Below are positions 1 through 8,341 of a stretch of 64,000 nt of DNA, one piece after another. The notes beneath the pieces were generated by a model, which searched no databases, was not told the DNA's origin, and was given only the letters and a program-made list of their open reading frames with translations. The stretch is from Candidatus Micrarchaeia archaeon. GTDB taxonomy: Archaea > Micrarchaeota > Micrarchaeia > Burarchaeales > Fermentimicrarchaeaceae. Each line of letters opens with the position of its first letter. Within the stretch, counting starts at the first letter, position 1. Both the position numbers and the translations under genes were made by a program. The DNA lies in the NCBI GenBank assembly GCA_038871515.1, contig JAVZHX010000001.1:160001-224000 (forward strand), in the 5' to 3' direction.

Positions 1-157
1 CAACAACTATGAGAACCGGCCCGTATTTTCTACTTTCCTCAAATATTCCCGCCTCCTTTGCTTTATCCGCGTCTGTTGTGTCAAAAATTTTACCAGTCAC
101 GGCACTTCTACCCGTGTAGGTTATTTTTATGAAATCGCCGTCATTGAGTTTCTCCAT
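1..157 (-). CDS. slyD: FKBP-type peptidyl-prolyl isomerase (SlyD-like), N-terminal part, runs off window
   Basis: Manual translation MEKLNDGDFIKITYTGRSAVTGKIFDTTDADKAKEAGIFEESRKYGPVLIVV, typical archaeal FKBP N-terminus. Confidence 0.85.
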   Translation of the reverse strand, partial: MEKLNDGDFIKITYTGRSAVTGKIFDTTDADKAKEAGIFEESRKYGPVLIVV

Positions 158-203
158 ACAAAAACCTCCAAGAATTTAATATTTGCTGTATAAATCCCTA
201 TGT

Positions 204-1394
204 ATGGAGAGGGACACTTTAATAAAATTATTTGCGCTGCTGCTCATAGTGGCGTTTATACTGGAGATGTTTGCAGTTCGCTCATCAGTTACAACAAGCC
301 CCACGGATTCGAGCAACGCCACGAAGGAGCAGTCGGTATACGGAGCGGGTAATGCAACAGCAACCCTTATTTCATATTCAGATTACCTCACAGTTTTCAA
401 GTCAGGTGCGGATATTTCAAATAATTCAACTCTTGAGGAGTTGAAAAGAATAAACGGGGTTGGTTACATAAACCGCCATGAGGGAACGTTGGTTTTAGTC
501 CTTGAATACGGCGCAAACGCATCCCAGATTGCAAGGGAAGTGAAGGAGAGGTTTCCGGATTTGAATGTAACCGCGAGGGCGCTTTTCTCCCTCCCGCCAG
601 AGGTGAAGTTTGTTACGGCTATGGGGGAGAGAAACGTGAGTTTCAGCACTCTGATTTCAATTGAAATTGAACCTGAGTTCAATGTTGGGGAGAATGTCAC
701 TCTTTCGCTTGTTGGGCTTGTGCGCGGAAATGTATTTGAGGGAACGCCAATTGCAAGGATAATTCCAACTGAAAGCGAAGTCGTTACAAAGGCAGTTGTG
801 GATGGGGTTGGGGGGAGTTATTATGCAACTGTAATTCTTCCGTGGAGCAGCAGAAATATCAATGCAACAGAGTTGAGGGAGAGGTTATCAACTGGATTTG
901 AAAATGTTACGGTTAATTACTTTCCCGACTCCTACGTTGTGGTGAAAGGGTTAAGCGGGAGAGAGGATGAGGTGGTTAAAGAGATATATAATCTAAGCTA
1001 TGTGGAGGAAGTTTATGGAGATGTGATTTATGTGAAGGATGAGTTCAACGACTCTGGGAGAGTTGAGATGGATTTGAAGGGGATTCTTGGGGAGAATATA
1101 ACGGTGGATTACCCGCTTTCCAAAGCAGGGGTTAGTTTTAACTCCTCAAACTTCAGCGAGGAGAATTTCAAGAAGCTTGCTGGAGGGGAAGTGGTGCTTT
1201 ACAGACAGATGTTTCTCAAAGTTGGGGAGAGGTTAGTTATTGAAGGGAGGGAGTACGAGATACCTGAGAACACAAGATTTGAGGTGATACTCCTCAACTC
1301 CTTTTCAGTGGGGGATGAGGTGACTGTTCAGCTCAGGGTTGCAACAGTTGGGAGAAGAGTTGTAAAAGTTGAGCTTGAAAGAATTGTTGGTTAA
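204..1394 (+). CDS. Membrane-anchored/secreted hypothetical protein
   Basis: N-terminal hydrophobic helix, many N-x-S/T sequons; start moved to ATG 204. Confidence 0.7.
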   Translation: MERDTLIKLFALLLIVAFILEMFAVRSSVTTSPTDSSNATKEQSVYGAGNATATLISYSDYLTVFKSGADISNNSTLEELKRINGVGYINRHEGTLVLVLEYGANASQIAREVKERFPDLNVTARALFSLPPEVKFVTAMGERNVSFSTLISIEIEPEFNVGENVTLSLVGLVRGNVFEGTPIARIIPTESEVVTKAVVDGVGGSYYATVILPWSSRNINATELRERLSTGFENVTVNYFPDSYVVVKGLSGREDEVVKEIYNLSYVEEVYGDVIYVKDEFNDSGRVEMDLKGILGENITVDYPLSKAGVSFNSSNFSEENFKKLAGGEVVLYRQMFLKVGERLVIEGREYEIPENTRFEVILLNSFSVGDEVTVQLRVATVGRRVVKVELERIVG

Positions 1395-1424
1395 AGTTAA
1401 ATTAAAAGCGGTTGAATTTAAATT

Positions 1425-1931
1425 ATGAAAACTGGTTTCACTGTGCACCTTCTTTCAGGTTTTCTGCTTTTTCTTCTATTCACGATTCTCTTTGGAGCGC
1501 CTGGGTGGATGGCAGGAGTTGCATTCATAATTGGAGCGGTTCTCCCTGATTTGGACAGCCCTGTTTCAAAACCGCGCAGAGCTGCGAGATGGATTCTCCT
1601 TCTTGTTTTTCTCTCTCTTCTCCTGCTTTTTTACCCTTCCCTTGCAGAAGTATGCGCTGAGTTGAAGTTTGGTTGGTGCGGTTACCTTCCATTTCTTCTA
1701 ATTTTGTTTGTTTTTCTTGCAGTGGAAGTTGTTGATGCATTGATACCGGGGCATAGGGGTTTTCTACACACGTTGCCTGCAGCAGCGCTTTACGGATGCA
1801 TAGTTTCGTTTGCTGTGTTTTATTTTGGAGTGAATTTAGCTGGTTCAATCAGAGCTGGCGGATGGGCGTTTTTGGGGTATGCTTCCCACATCGCAGTTGA
1901 TTTGATTGGCGATGCAATTCCTTTTAAATAG
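1425..1931 (+). CDS. Membrane metal-dependent hydrolase (YdjM-like)
   Basis: Motifs H..., LPDLD, HRGFLHT, SHIAVD with multiple TM helices. Confidence 0.85.
   Translation: MKTGFTVHLLSGFLLFLLFTILFGAPGWMAGVAFIIGAVLPDLDSPVSKPRRAARWILLLVFLSLLLLFYPSLAEVCAELKFGWCGYLPFLLILFVFLAVEVVDALIPGHRGFLHTLPAAALYGCIVSFAVFYFGVNLAGSIRAGGWAFLGYASHIAVDLIGDAIPFK
1922..1929 (+). promoter_or_regulatory. TATA box of putative sRNA gene
   Basis: TTTTAAAT about 25 nt upstream of the predicted sRNA 5' end at 1951. Confidence 0.5.
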
Positions 1932-1950
1932 AAGATGAGCAATAGTAATC

Positions 1951-2010
1951 GGCAATGACGAGACCGTCCCAGAGGGATTAAAAGATGACCTTCGGAGTAG
2001 CTTCGGAGCC
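1951..2010 (+). ncRNA. Putative box C/D guide sRNA (integration target)
   Basis: 60 nt; terminal GGC/GCC stem; C box ATGACGA 1955-1961, D' CAGA 1970-1973, C' AAGATGA 1982-1988, D CGGA 2004-2007; D guide is complementary to AAGCUACUCCG, which resembles the 23S rRNA segment 5' of the peptidyl-transferase GGGAUAAC. Confidence 0.65.
1997..2010 (+). repeat. attL core GTAGCTTCGGAGCC
   Basis: Exact copy at 9970-9983. Confidence 0.9.
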
Positions 2011-2080
2011 CTTTAAAATGTTATGCCTCAGTAATCCGAAACCACATCAATTAAAAAAGAAGCTGGGGATATGATGTGGT

Positions 2081-3280
2081 ATGTATGAAGATTATTGTGA
2101 AAGAAGGATGAGAAACATCAAGGCTCATTTGAATAATCCCAAACTCACAAAGCAAATGCAGAAAGAACTCAAGGAATTTATCGGGGAGTATTCAAGAGCA
2201 AGGAAACTCAGCATACCAACTCAGGAAAGTTATGTTAGGAGCCTGTCTTTTTTTGGGCAGTTTTTAGCTGATAAGCGATATTCATCATTCAAAGAGGCTA
2301 AAGTAGAGGATATCAAAGAATATCTAAAAGACCCATACCCAAGAAACCACATAGAGAAAAGCGATTCTGTTATTATCTGGCTGAAAAGCTCCCTGAAAAT
2401 ATTTTACAGATGGTTATTGCTTGGGAGAGTTGGAAAGAAGGATAAATATCCTGAGCTTGTTTCTTGGATTGAAATAGGCGTTGCAAGGGGAAGGAAGCTC
2501 ACGGATAAGGATATAATCTCACCAGAGGAGTTCAAGAAAATGCTTGACGCAACCAAGAACATCAGAAACAGAGCGATGCTTCAGCTTCTTTATGAAACGG
2601 GAATTAGGTTGGGAGAGCTGATGAGCATAAGAATTGAGGATGTTCATTTTGAGAATGACCGAAGTTATATCTACATAACAAGGAGCAAGACTGAACCCAG
2701 AACGATTTTCATTTTTGATTCTGTTGAGGATGTGAAAAGATGGCTTTCAATACATCCAAAGAAGGATGACCCAAAAGCGTATTTATTCACAAACGTGAAT
2801 GGAAAGAAAAACATCAGCATGAGCTACCAGAGTGTTTTGGAAACTATAAAGAGGATTGGTAGGAGAGCTTTGGGAAAGAAGGTTTGGGTTCATCTGTTCA
2901 GGCATAGCGCCGCAACCAACGACGCAAGGAGAGGCATGCCTGAGGATTTGATGCGCTTGAAGTATGGTTGGGGAAAGAACTCAAGGATGGTTGATAGATA
3001 TAGGCATAGGAATTATGAGGATGTGTTGAGATGGGAGGAAGGTAGAAGAGGTATTGGGGAAAAAGCAAAAGACGTTCAAGAAGCTAAGAAATGCTATCGG
3101 TGTGGCAAGCTGAACTCATGGAGCAATATTCTTTGCGATTCGTGTGGCATGTATCTGGATAAGCAAACATTTGAAAAAACTCTTGTGTTTGAGAATCTTG
3201 CATCAAAAACAATTGAGGAAATGCAGAGGAAAATTGCTGAACTTGAGGAGAAAATTGAGAAGCTGAATACTCAGAAATGA
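2081..3280 (+). CDS. Tyrosine recombinase/integrase with C-terminal Zn ribbon and coiled coil
   Basis: Catalytic R (GIRLGE), K (SKTE), HLFRH, YGW, Y (DRYRH); CxxC...CxxC tail; intact, not split. Confidence 0.95.
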   Translation: MYEDYCERRMRNIKAHLNNPKLTKQMQKELKEFIGEYSRARKLSIPTQESYVRSLSFFGQFLADKRYSSFKEAKVEDIKEYLKDPYPRNHIEKSDSVIIWLKSSLKIFYRWLLLGRVGKKDKYPELVSWIEIGVARGRKLTDKDIISPEEFKKMLDATKNIRNRAMLQLLYETGIRLGELMSIRIEDVHFENDRSYIYITRSKTEPRTIFIFDSVEDVKRWLSIHPKKDDPKAYLFTNVNGKKNISMSYQSVLETIKRIGRRALGKKVWVHLFRHSAATNDARRGMPEDLMRLKYGWGKNSRMVDRYRHRNYEDVLRWEEGRRGIGEKAKDVQEAKKCYRCGKLNSWSNILCDSCGMYLDKQTFEKTLVFENLASKTIEEMQRKIAELEEKIEKLNTQK

Positions 3281-3284
3281 GTAA

Positions 3285-3803
3285 TTACTCATTTTTGGAT
3301 TTAAATGTTTTGAAAGGAGCAGGTAGCAACCCCAACTCAACATCTTTCTGAAAGAGTTTTTTGTCTTTTCTCAGCTCGTTTTTTGTTTTCTCCGCTCTTT
3401 CTACAAACTTTTTACGCACATGTTCAGGTAAAAACCAAACCATACCTTCTTTTTTGTTTTCAACTATCCTAACTCCAACCCATCCCAAACGATGCATAAC
3501 TTCTAAATTCCGTTTCAATCTTGGATATGATGGAATTTCCCAGCCTTTATTTTTCATTAATTTAGACGCTTCTTCATACTCTTTTTGCTCTATTAACTTT
3601 TGAATTTTTTTGTTTGATTTATAAAACCGATTGAATTTCCTTTTCACCATTCTGCCGTATAGTTCAAACGTGTTGAGAGCATAGGGAGAACTGAAAAGTT
3701 CTGTTAGAATCCTCCACTCTACCTCAGATAACATACTTAACGAGAATTCTAACTCTCCTTGTTTGTGAAGTTCTTCTCTTTTCTGAGCTTCATCAACCAA
3801 CAT
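3285..3803 (-). CDS. Putative winged-helix regulator (repressor-like)
   Basis: LSEVEWRIL...PSYPRLKRNLEVMHRLGWV...WFL wHTH-like pattern; divergent from main operon. Confidence 0.55.
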   Translation of the reverse strand: MLVDEAQKREELHKQGELEFSLSMLSEVEWRILTELFSSPYALNTFELYGRMVKRKFNRFYKSNKKIQKLIEQKEYEEASKLMKNKGWEIPSYPRLKRNLEVMHRLGWVGVRIVENKKEGMVWFLPEHVRKKFVERAEKTKNELRKDKKLFQKDVELGLLPAPFKTFKSKNE

Positions 3804-3900
3804 AAACCTCTGACAATCATTATCAACCGAAAAGTATATAAATATGTAGGTTCTAATATATTTTTGTTTACTATGGTTGATGTTCGTGGAGGTTGGTTTG

Positions 3901-4041
3901 ATGGAAAAAAAAGTTGAATCTCACATGGTTTCACTCCCGTCGGAGATGTGGAAGATGCTCCAAGAAAGAAAAAGGATTATGGGAGTTCCCGTTTCTCAGC
4001 AAATTAGAATTGCACTTGAAAAGGTGCTTGAGTATGGATGA
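3901..4041 (+). CDS. Ribbon-helix-helix (CopG-like) DNA-binding protein, 46 aa, not in ORF track
   Basis: MEKKVESHMVSLPSEMWKMLQERKRIMGVPVSQQIRIALEKVLEYG; GGAGGT SD upstream. Confidence 0.75.
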   Translation: MEKKVESHMVSLPSEMWKMLQERKRIMGVPVSQQIRIALEKVLEYG

Positions 4042-4198
4042 GAAGTTAATTCAGGAGTGGAAACAAGCGATTTCCTCCGTCGGGGGAGTTGGGAAGTTTG
4101 AGAAGGATGTACTTCCCCTTTGCTCACATTCGGTTAGAGTTTGCTGGGAGAGAATTGTGAAAGCCCAGCTCAACAGCGAGGTGAAAGCCCAAGTATGA
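4034..4198 (+). CDS. Small hypothetical protein
   Basis: ATG overlapping RHH gene end; C-terminal part of track ORF 3914..4198. Confidence 0.5.
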   Translation: MDEKLIQEWKQAISSVGGVGKFEKDVLPLCSHSVRVCWERIVKAQLNSEVKAQV

Positions 4199-4238
4199 TA
4201 AAAAGGGGGCGGGCCTCCATCCCAACCCCTTAAAGGAG

Positions 4239-4439
4239 GTGATGTATATGGAAAAAATAACACAAAATCCCTTATTAAATTTTTGTAAATCGGAAAATAA
4301 GAGAAGAAAACCAGACGTGAAGGGCTCTATCTCCGTCGCTGGCTGGTTTGAGGAAACGAAGGATGGCAAGCGCTATCTCAATTTGCGCATCGGCGATTCG
4401 CTCTATGTGAGGCTGTTTCCATCCGAAGAGGGGAGGTGA
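4239..4439 (+). CDS. Small beta-rich protein, DUF736/PC4-like, putative ssDNA-binding
   Basis: KPDVKG...VAGW..TKDGKRYLNL pattern; GGAGGTGA SD; directly upstream of helicase-like gene. Confidence 0.5.
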   Translation: MMYMEKITQNPLLNFCKSENKRRKPDVKGSISVAGWFEETKDGKRYLNLRIGDSLYVRLFPSEEGR

Positions 4440-4444
4440 GATGA

Positions 4445-6451
4445 ATGGTTGAGTATGAACCGATAACAAATCAGCCGTATGCTTGGGAAGTGCTTGTGAA
4501 ATGGGAAGGTTGGGAAATTGAGTTTGAGATGTATTTTCTCCCTTCAAAAAAGAAATGGCAAATTACTCTTCTTGATGTGAATGAACGTCGCAACGCTCTG
4601 GAGGAGCTCCCATTCAATTTTTACACATCGGAGAAAATTCTCAAAACTCTGGCTAAGCGTTGGAATCCGAAGCTGAGCAAAACGAAACTTGAGCAACTTG
4701 CATGTCATTTGGGAGCAGAGCTCACGGAATTAATTCAGTATCAGCTTGATTTGCCACGAGAACAAAAGAGTGTTTCTGATGAGAAACGAATTTTTGAGTT
4801 AAAGGCTCTTCTGAGTGAAGAGAAACCTGTATTTCAATCAATAGGGATGGGTTTGAATAATGGCATTTTTTATATCGGGACTAAAGTTTATAAAGATGGT
4901 AAATATTATGATGCAGTTATAACTTCTCAAAAGGAAATTTTTATTGACTGGGGAAAGGGGAATAATGAAATAAAACAAAAATTCCAGCTGAACTATCGCT
5001 TTCCATTTTACCACGAAGTTGTTGAACATTGCTGGGGTAATACTGGGGAGTATGGGATTTATACTTGGCTGTTTGGTAATCCCAAGCTTCTTTCATTAAA
5101 GGAAGTTTATGCTGACGTTTTGGAATTGGTTAAGTGGAAATACTGGCACCCTGATGAAAGAGTGTATAAGCATCATACTTTAAGCATAATTTCAAACTAT
5201 TTCCTCCCTATTTTTGAAATGAAAGGGAGAGAGCTTATTTACGGGCAAAGCGGTTGGGGAAAGACGAGGTTATCTAAGATTTATCTATTGCTTTCATTTA
5301 ACCCTGTTATGAGTGCTGATTTTTCTGATTCTTCTATTTTTAGGATAATTGAGTCGGTTAAGCCAACAATAATTATTGATAACTTTGATTCGCAGGAAGA
5401 GGAGAGGCGAAAGAGGATATTGCATATTTTTAATACTGGCTGTTATTCAAGACAAAAAACAATTCGGGCTGAGGGGAAGACATACAAGCCAACAGGATTT
5501 GGAATTTTTTCACCGATGGTTTTGAACAGCATAACTGCTTTGGATGAGATTGCAGAAAATCGCTCAAATATAACACGAACATTGAAGACTGAGAAGTCGG
5601 AGTATATCCGATTGGATGAAGATAATCCTCTTTGGGCTAAGGTGAGAAATAAGCTTCATGTATGCGCTTTGCAGAATTATAGGGATGTTAAAAAAGTTTA
5701 TGAGGAGTTGAATGAGAGTAGGTTGTTTGCACGGGAGTTAGAACGAATTATTCCAAATTTGGTTATTGCTAAGCTAATCTCTACCGAATTATATGAGGAA
5801 ATGCTCAGATTTTATGTTGAGGATACTGAGCGAAGGAAAATGCAGGATTTCAGCGATGACTGGGTTTATTTAGCCATGCAAATTATCGTTGAAAAGTTGA
5901 GTGCTGTTAAGGAGAATGAAATTGAGTTGAGTGTGGGTGAAATTGTTGAGGAATTGGCTCCCAAAATTTTTGATTCGGAAAGTGGCGCTTATGATAGAAA
6001 GAAACATGGGTTAAGTGTTGTACTTGGCTCTACTTTTAAAAATTGTTTGCTGTTTCCAGCCAGAAAACTACATGGGTATCCTGTTTATAAGTTTAGTAAG
6101 GAAGCTGTTATTCAGTTTTGTAGATTAAAAGATTATGATGAAGAAATAACAGAGAAGATAAGGCAAATGCTTTTAGATAACTCACCTAACTCTACCAACT
6201 CACCTAACTCACCTAACTCTACCAACTCACCTAACTCACCTAACTCTACCAACTCACCTAACTCACCTAACTCTACCAACTCACCCCTTGACGCTAAACT
6301 TTTGGGTGAATTGGGTGAGTTGGGTGAGTCTAAAGCCAAAAAGGTGCTCATAAATCAACAAACTGCTGAATTTTCACTTTCAGACGTAAATTCACCACAG
6401 GTTAGGAAAGTTAAGGAGATTAAACTTTCTGATGGTGATTCCCATGCTTGA
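4445..6451 (+). CDS. AAA+ helicase-like replication protein (DUF3631-associated type)
   Basis: Walker A GQSGWGKT, SSIFRIIE..PTIIIDNFD, FNTG, ENRS arginine finger; C-terminal NSP/NST repeat. Confidence 0.7.
   Translation: MVEYEPITNQPYAWEVLVKWEGWEIEFEMYFLPSKKKWQITLLDVNERRNALEELPFNFYTSEKILKTLAKRWNPKLSKTKLEQLACHLGAELTELIQYQLDLPREQKSVSDEKRIFELKALLSEEKPVFQSIGMGLNNGIFYIGTKVYKDGKYYDAVITSQKEIFIDWGKGNNEIKQKFQLNYRFPFYHEVVEHCWGNTGEYGIYTWLFGNPKLLSLKEVYADVLELVKWKYWHPDERVYKHHTLSIISNYFLPIFEMKGRELIYGQSGWGKTRLSKIYLLLSFNPVMSADFSDSSIFRIIESVKPTIIIDNFDSQEEERRKRILHIFNTGCYSRQKTIRAEGKTYKPTGFGIFSPMVLNSITALDEIAENRSNITRTLKTEKSEYIRLDEDNPLWAKVRNKLHVCALQNYRDVKKVYEELNESRLFARELERIIPNLVIAKLISTELYEEMLRFYVEDTERRKMQDFSDDWVYLAMQIIVEKLSAVKENEIELSVGEIVEELAPKIFDSESGAYDRKKHGLSVVLGSTFKNCLLFPARKLHGYPVYKFSKEAVIQFCRLKDYDEEITEKIRQMLLDNSPNSTNSPNSPNSTNSPNSPNSTNSPNSPNSTNSPLDAKLLGELGELGESKAKKVLINQQTAEFSLSDVNSPQVRKVKEIKLSDGDSHA
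6179..6330. repeat. Twelve tandem 9-mers (AACTCACCT/AACTCTACC; 27-bp unit x4) plus three inverted 9-mers
   Basis: Direct units 6179-6286; inverted GGGTGAATT/GGGTGAGTT/GGGTGAGTC 6304-6330. Confidence 0.95.
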
Positions 6452-6725
6452 GGTTGCTCCTTTGCAGATATACGGGTATGGAAAACCGATAAAGAACAGG
6501 AAAGGGGAGGTAGTCGGTGAAACCCTTGACGTAAAAGGTAGTCTGAGGCTTCCAAACAACGTAATAAGGGCTCTTGGGGTAGAACTCAGGAAAGGCAAAT
6601 ACAGGAAACCAATTCTGATTGAAACAAGGGAGCAGAATGGCGACGTGTTTGTTATCCTGAAGGTTTCACATGAGCTTGAGCACGATGAGATAATTGTTGG
6701 GAGGATGGAAAATGAAAGTGGTTGA
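6444..6725 (+). CDS. AbrB/SpoVT-like DNA-binding protein
   Basis: DVKGSLRLPNNVIRALGV swapped-hairpin signature. Confidence 0.55.
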   Translation: MLEVAPLQIYGYGKPIKNRKGEVVGETLDVKGSLRLPNNVIRALGVELRKGKYRKPILIETREQNGDVFVILKVSHELEHDEIIVGRMENESG

Positions 6726-6945
6726 GTTTTATGTGGATTGGTTTGAGGTTATTCCTTATCTCATTTTGCTATTTGCAATTCTTTTCTGCTGTGTTATGCT
6801 CTTGGTTATTGTAGTTCATATTGAGAGGGGTGCGGAGTGCAATACCTCTTGGCCAAACAACACCCCACAAGAGAACACCTCACCTCCCCTAATTCCATCA
6901 CTTGCACAAATCCGCTCCCCTCCTTTCAGAGAGGTGTTTAGGTGA
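6712..6945 (+). CDS. Single-TM membrane protein with Pro-rich tail
   Basis: Hydrophobic stretch LILLFAILFCCVMLLVIVV. Confidence 0.6.
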   Translation: MKVVEFYVDWFEVIPYLILLFAILFCCVMLLVIVVHIERGAECNTSWPNNTPQENTSPPLIPSLAQIRSPPFREVFR

Positions 6946-7235
6946 GTTGTATGATATGTAAGGAAAATCATACTGAAATACCAAACCTCAAAGCGTTGGG
7001 AATTTCAATTTGTAGTAGATATGAGTGTGTTCGGGAGTTTTTGAAACGTAGGAGGGGAAAACTTCCCATTTGTTTCTATTGCATTAATTATTCAAAGAAA
7101 GAGAAACTCTGCTTATGCGTAAAAGAAGGGGATGTTTTTCGTGAAATTGATTTCTCCTATCCCTGTTTTGCACTTTTCTGCGCAAAATTCACCCCAAAGG
7201 ATAGGCGTGAAGGTGAATATTTGTTAAATGGATAA
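6942..7235 (+). CDS. Cys-rich zinc-finger protein
   Basis: Multiple CxxC/CxC pairs. Confidence 0.65.
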   Translation: MSCMICKENHTEIPNLKALGISICSRYECVREFLKRRRGKLPICFYCINYSKKEKLCLCVKEGDVFREIDFSYPCFALFCAKFTPKDRREGEYLLNG

Positions 7236-7557
7236 TGGTGGTATAATGGTTAGTGAGTTGGAATATAAGGATGGAAACGTTTTGGGTAGTTTGATTTTTC
7301 AGAAGCACAGGTATGCTATTTTGAAATCCCTTTCAGAGAAATCCGATTCTCCAACCCTCCTATCCATAAAGTTGGAAATACCTGTAAAGAAGATATACGC
7401 ACACTTGAGCGTTCTCCATAAGTTTGGGTTGGTTGAGAAACTACCCAAACCCCCCTCACTCTTCAAGGAGGGGAGGAAAACACTCTATCAGCCTTACAAA
7501 ATAACAAAATTGGGGCTTCAGGTTCTTGCGGAGTATGAAAAGAAACCAGAGGTATGA
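7228..7557 (+). CDS. ArsR-like winged-helix regulator
   Basis: RYAILKSL...IYAHLSVLHKFGLV...YKITKLG. Confidence 0.8.
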   Translation: MDNGGIMVSELEYKDGNVLGSLIFQKHRYAILKSLSEKSDSPTLLSIKLEIPVKKIYAHLSVLHKFGLVEKLPKPPSLFKEGRKTLYQPYKITKLGLQVLAEYEKKPEV

Positions 7558-7558
7558 G

Positions 7559-7711
7559 ATGAGTTTACTTGATTTCATGGAAAAGAAACAGGCAAAGAAA
7601 CCATGCGATTGTTTAGCTTGCAGACTTGAGAGAGCAGAGGACGAAATTAAAACTCTGAGAGAAACTTTAAAGCAAATTCAACAACGATTGAATGGTGAGG
7701 AGAAATGCTGA
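7559..7711 (+). CDS. Small CxCxxC plus coiled-coil protein
   Basis: MSLLDFMEKKQAKKPCDCLACRLERAEDEIKTLRETL; tight operon spacing. Confidence 0.55.
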   Translation: MSLLDFMEKKQAKKPCDCLACRLERAEDEIKTLRETLKQIQQRLNGEEKC

Positions 7712-7830
7712 GGCTCGGTTGTTTGTTGTTGGGGATGGGTTTGATTATTTCAGCAGTTTATCAATACCCAACCAACTTGATTGGTTTTTTTCTCTGTATG
7801 ATTGGTGCGGTTATGGTGTTGAAGAGGTGA
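7705..7830 (+). CDS. 41-aa two-helix membrane protein, not in ORF track
   Basis: MLRLGCLLLGMGLIISAVYQYPTNLIGFFLCMIGAVMVLKR; SD-like GGTGAGG upstream, fills operon gap. Confidence 0.6.
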   Translation: MLRLGCLLLGMGLIISAVYQYPTNLIGFFLCMIGAVMVLKR

Positions 7831-7834
7831 AAAA

Positions 7835-8164
7835 ATGAAATGTGAAATATGCGGGGATGAAGGCGAGCATGTTGGGGAGTGTAAGGTTTGCGGAGGGTGG
7901 TATTGCTTCACCAGATTGGCTGATGATTGTTTCGCCAAGCACCTGAAAACAAAGGAGCACAAGGATAAGATGAAATTCTATTATGAGCTCCGAAGATGGT
8001 ATGAATTTCTGGATTTCTTGATGGCTGAGCTGGGTTCAATCAAACAAGAGTTGGAAACTACTCCCAAAACCGATTACGTTGAAATTCAGAGAAAACTCCG
8101 CAAATCCAGAAAACGCCTGTTGAAATTATTCAAGAGAATTGGGTTTGAGAGGGAGGGGAGTTAA
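7835..8164 (+). CDS. Zinc-finger plus helical protein
   Basis: CEIC...CKVC..C...C..H N-terminus. Confidence 0.65.
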   Translation: MKCEICGDEGEHVGECKVCGGWYCFTRLADDCFAKHLKTKEHKDKMKFYYELRRWYEFLDFLMAELGSIKQELETTPKTDYVEIQRKLRKSRKRLLKLFKRIGFEREGS

Positions 8165-8332
8165 ATGTTTAAAAAAAAGAAAAAGGCGGGAGGAGATTAC
8201 TACATCTCAATCGCCACGGATGGGCTTGTTGTTGAGGTTTCATCCCCATCGGCAAGATATTCCAAAAGAGTGAGTGAGGGAATTCTGAGAAAAATCCAAA
8301 AAAATAAGGAAAACAACACATCATACTTGTAG
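8165..8332 (+). CDS. Small basic hypothetical protein, 55 aa, not in ORF track
   Basis: MFKKKKKAGGDYYISIATDGLVVEVSSPSARYSKRV...; abuts both neighbours. Confidence 0.5.
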   Translation: MFKKKKKAGGDYYISIATDGLVVEVSSPSARYSKRVSEGILRKIQKNKENNTSYL

Positions 8333-8341
8333 GTGTTTTTT

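Noticed and set aside
6133..6351. Antisense ORF with (ELG/ELV)n repeats
   Set aside because: By-product of the 9-bp repeat on the opposite strand
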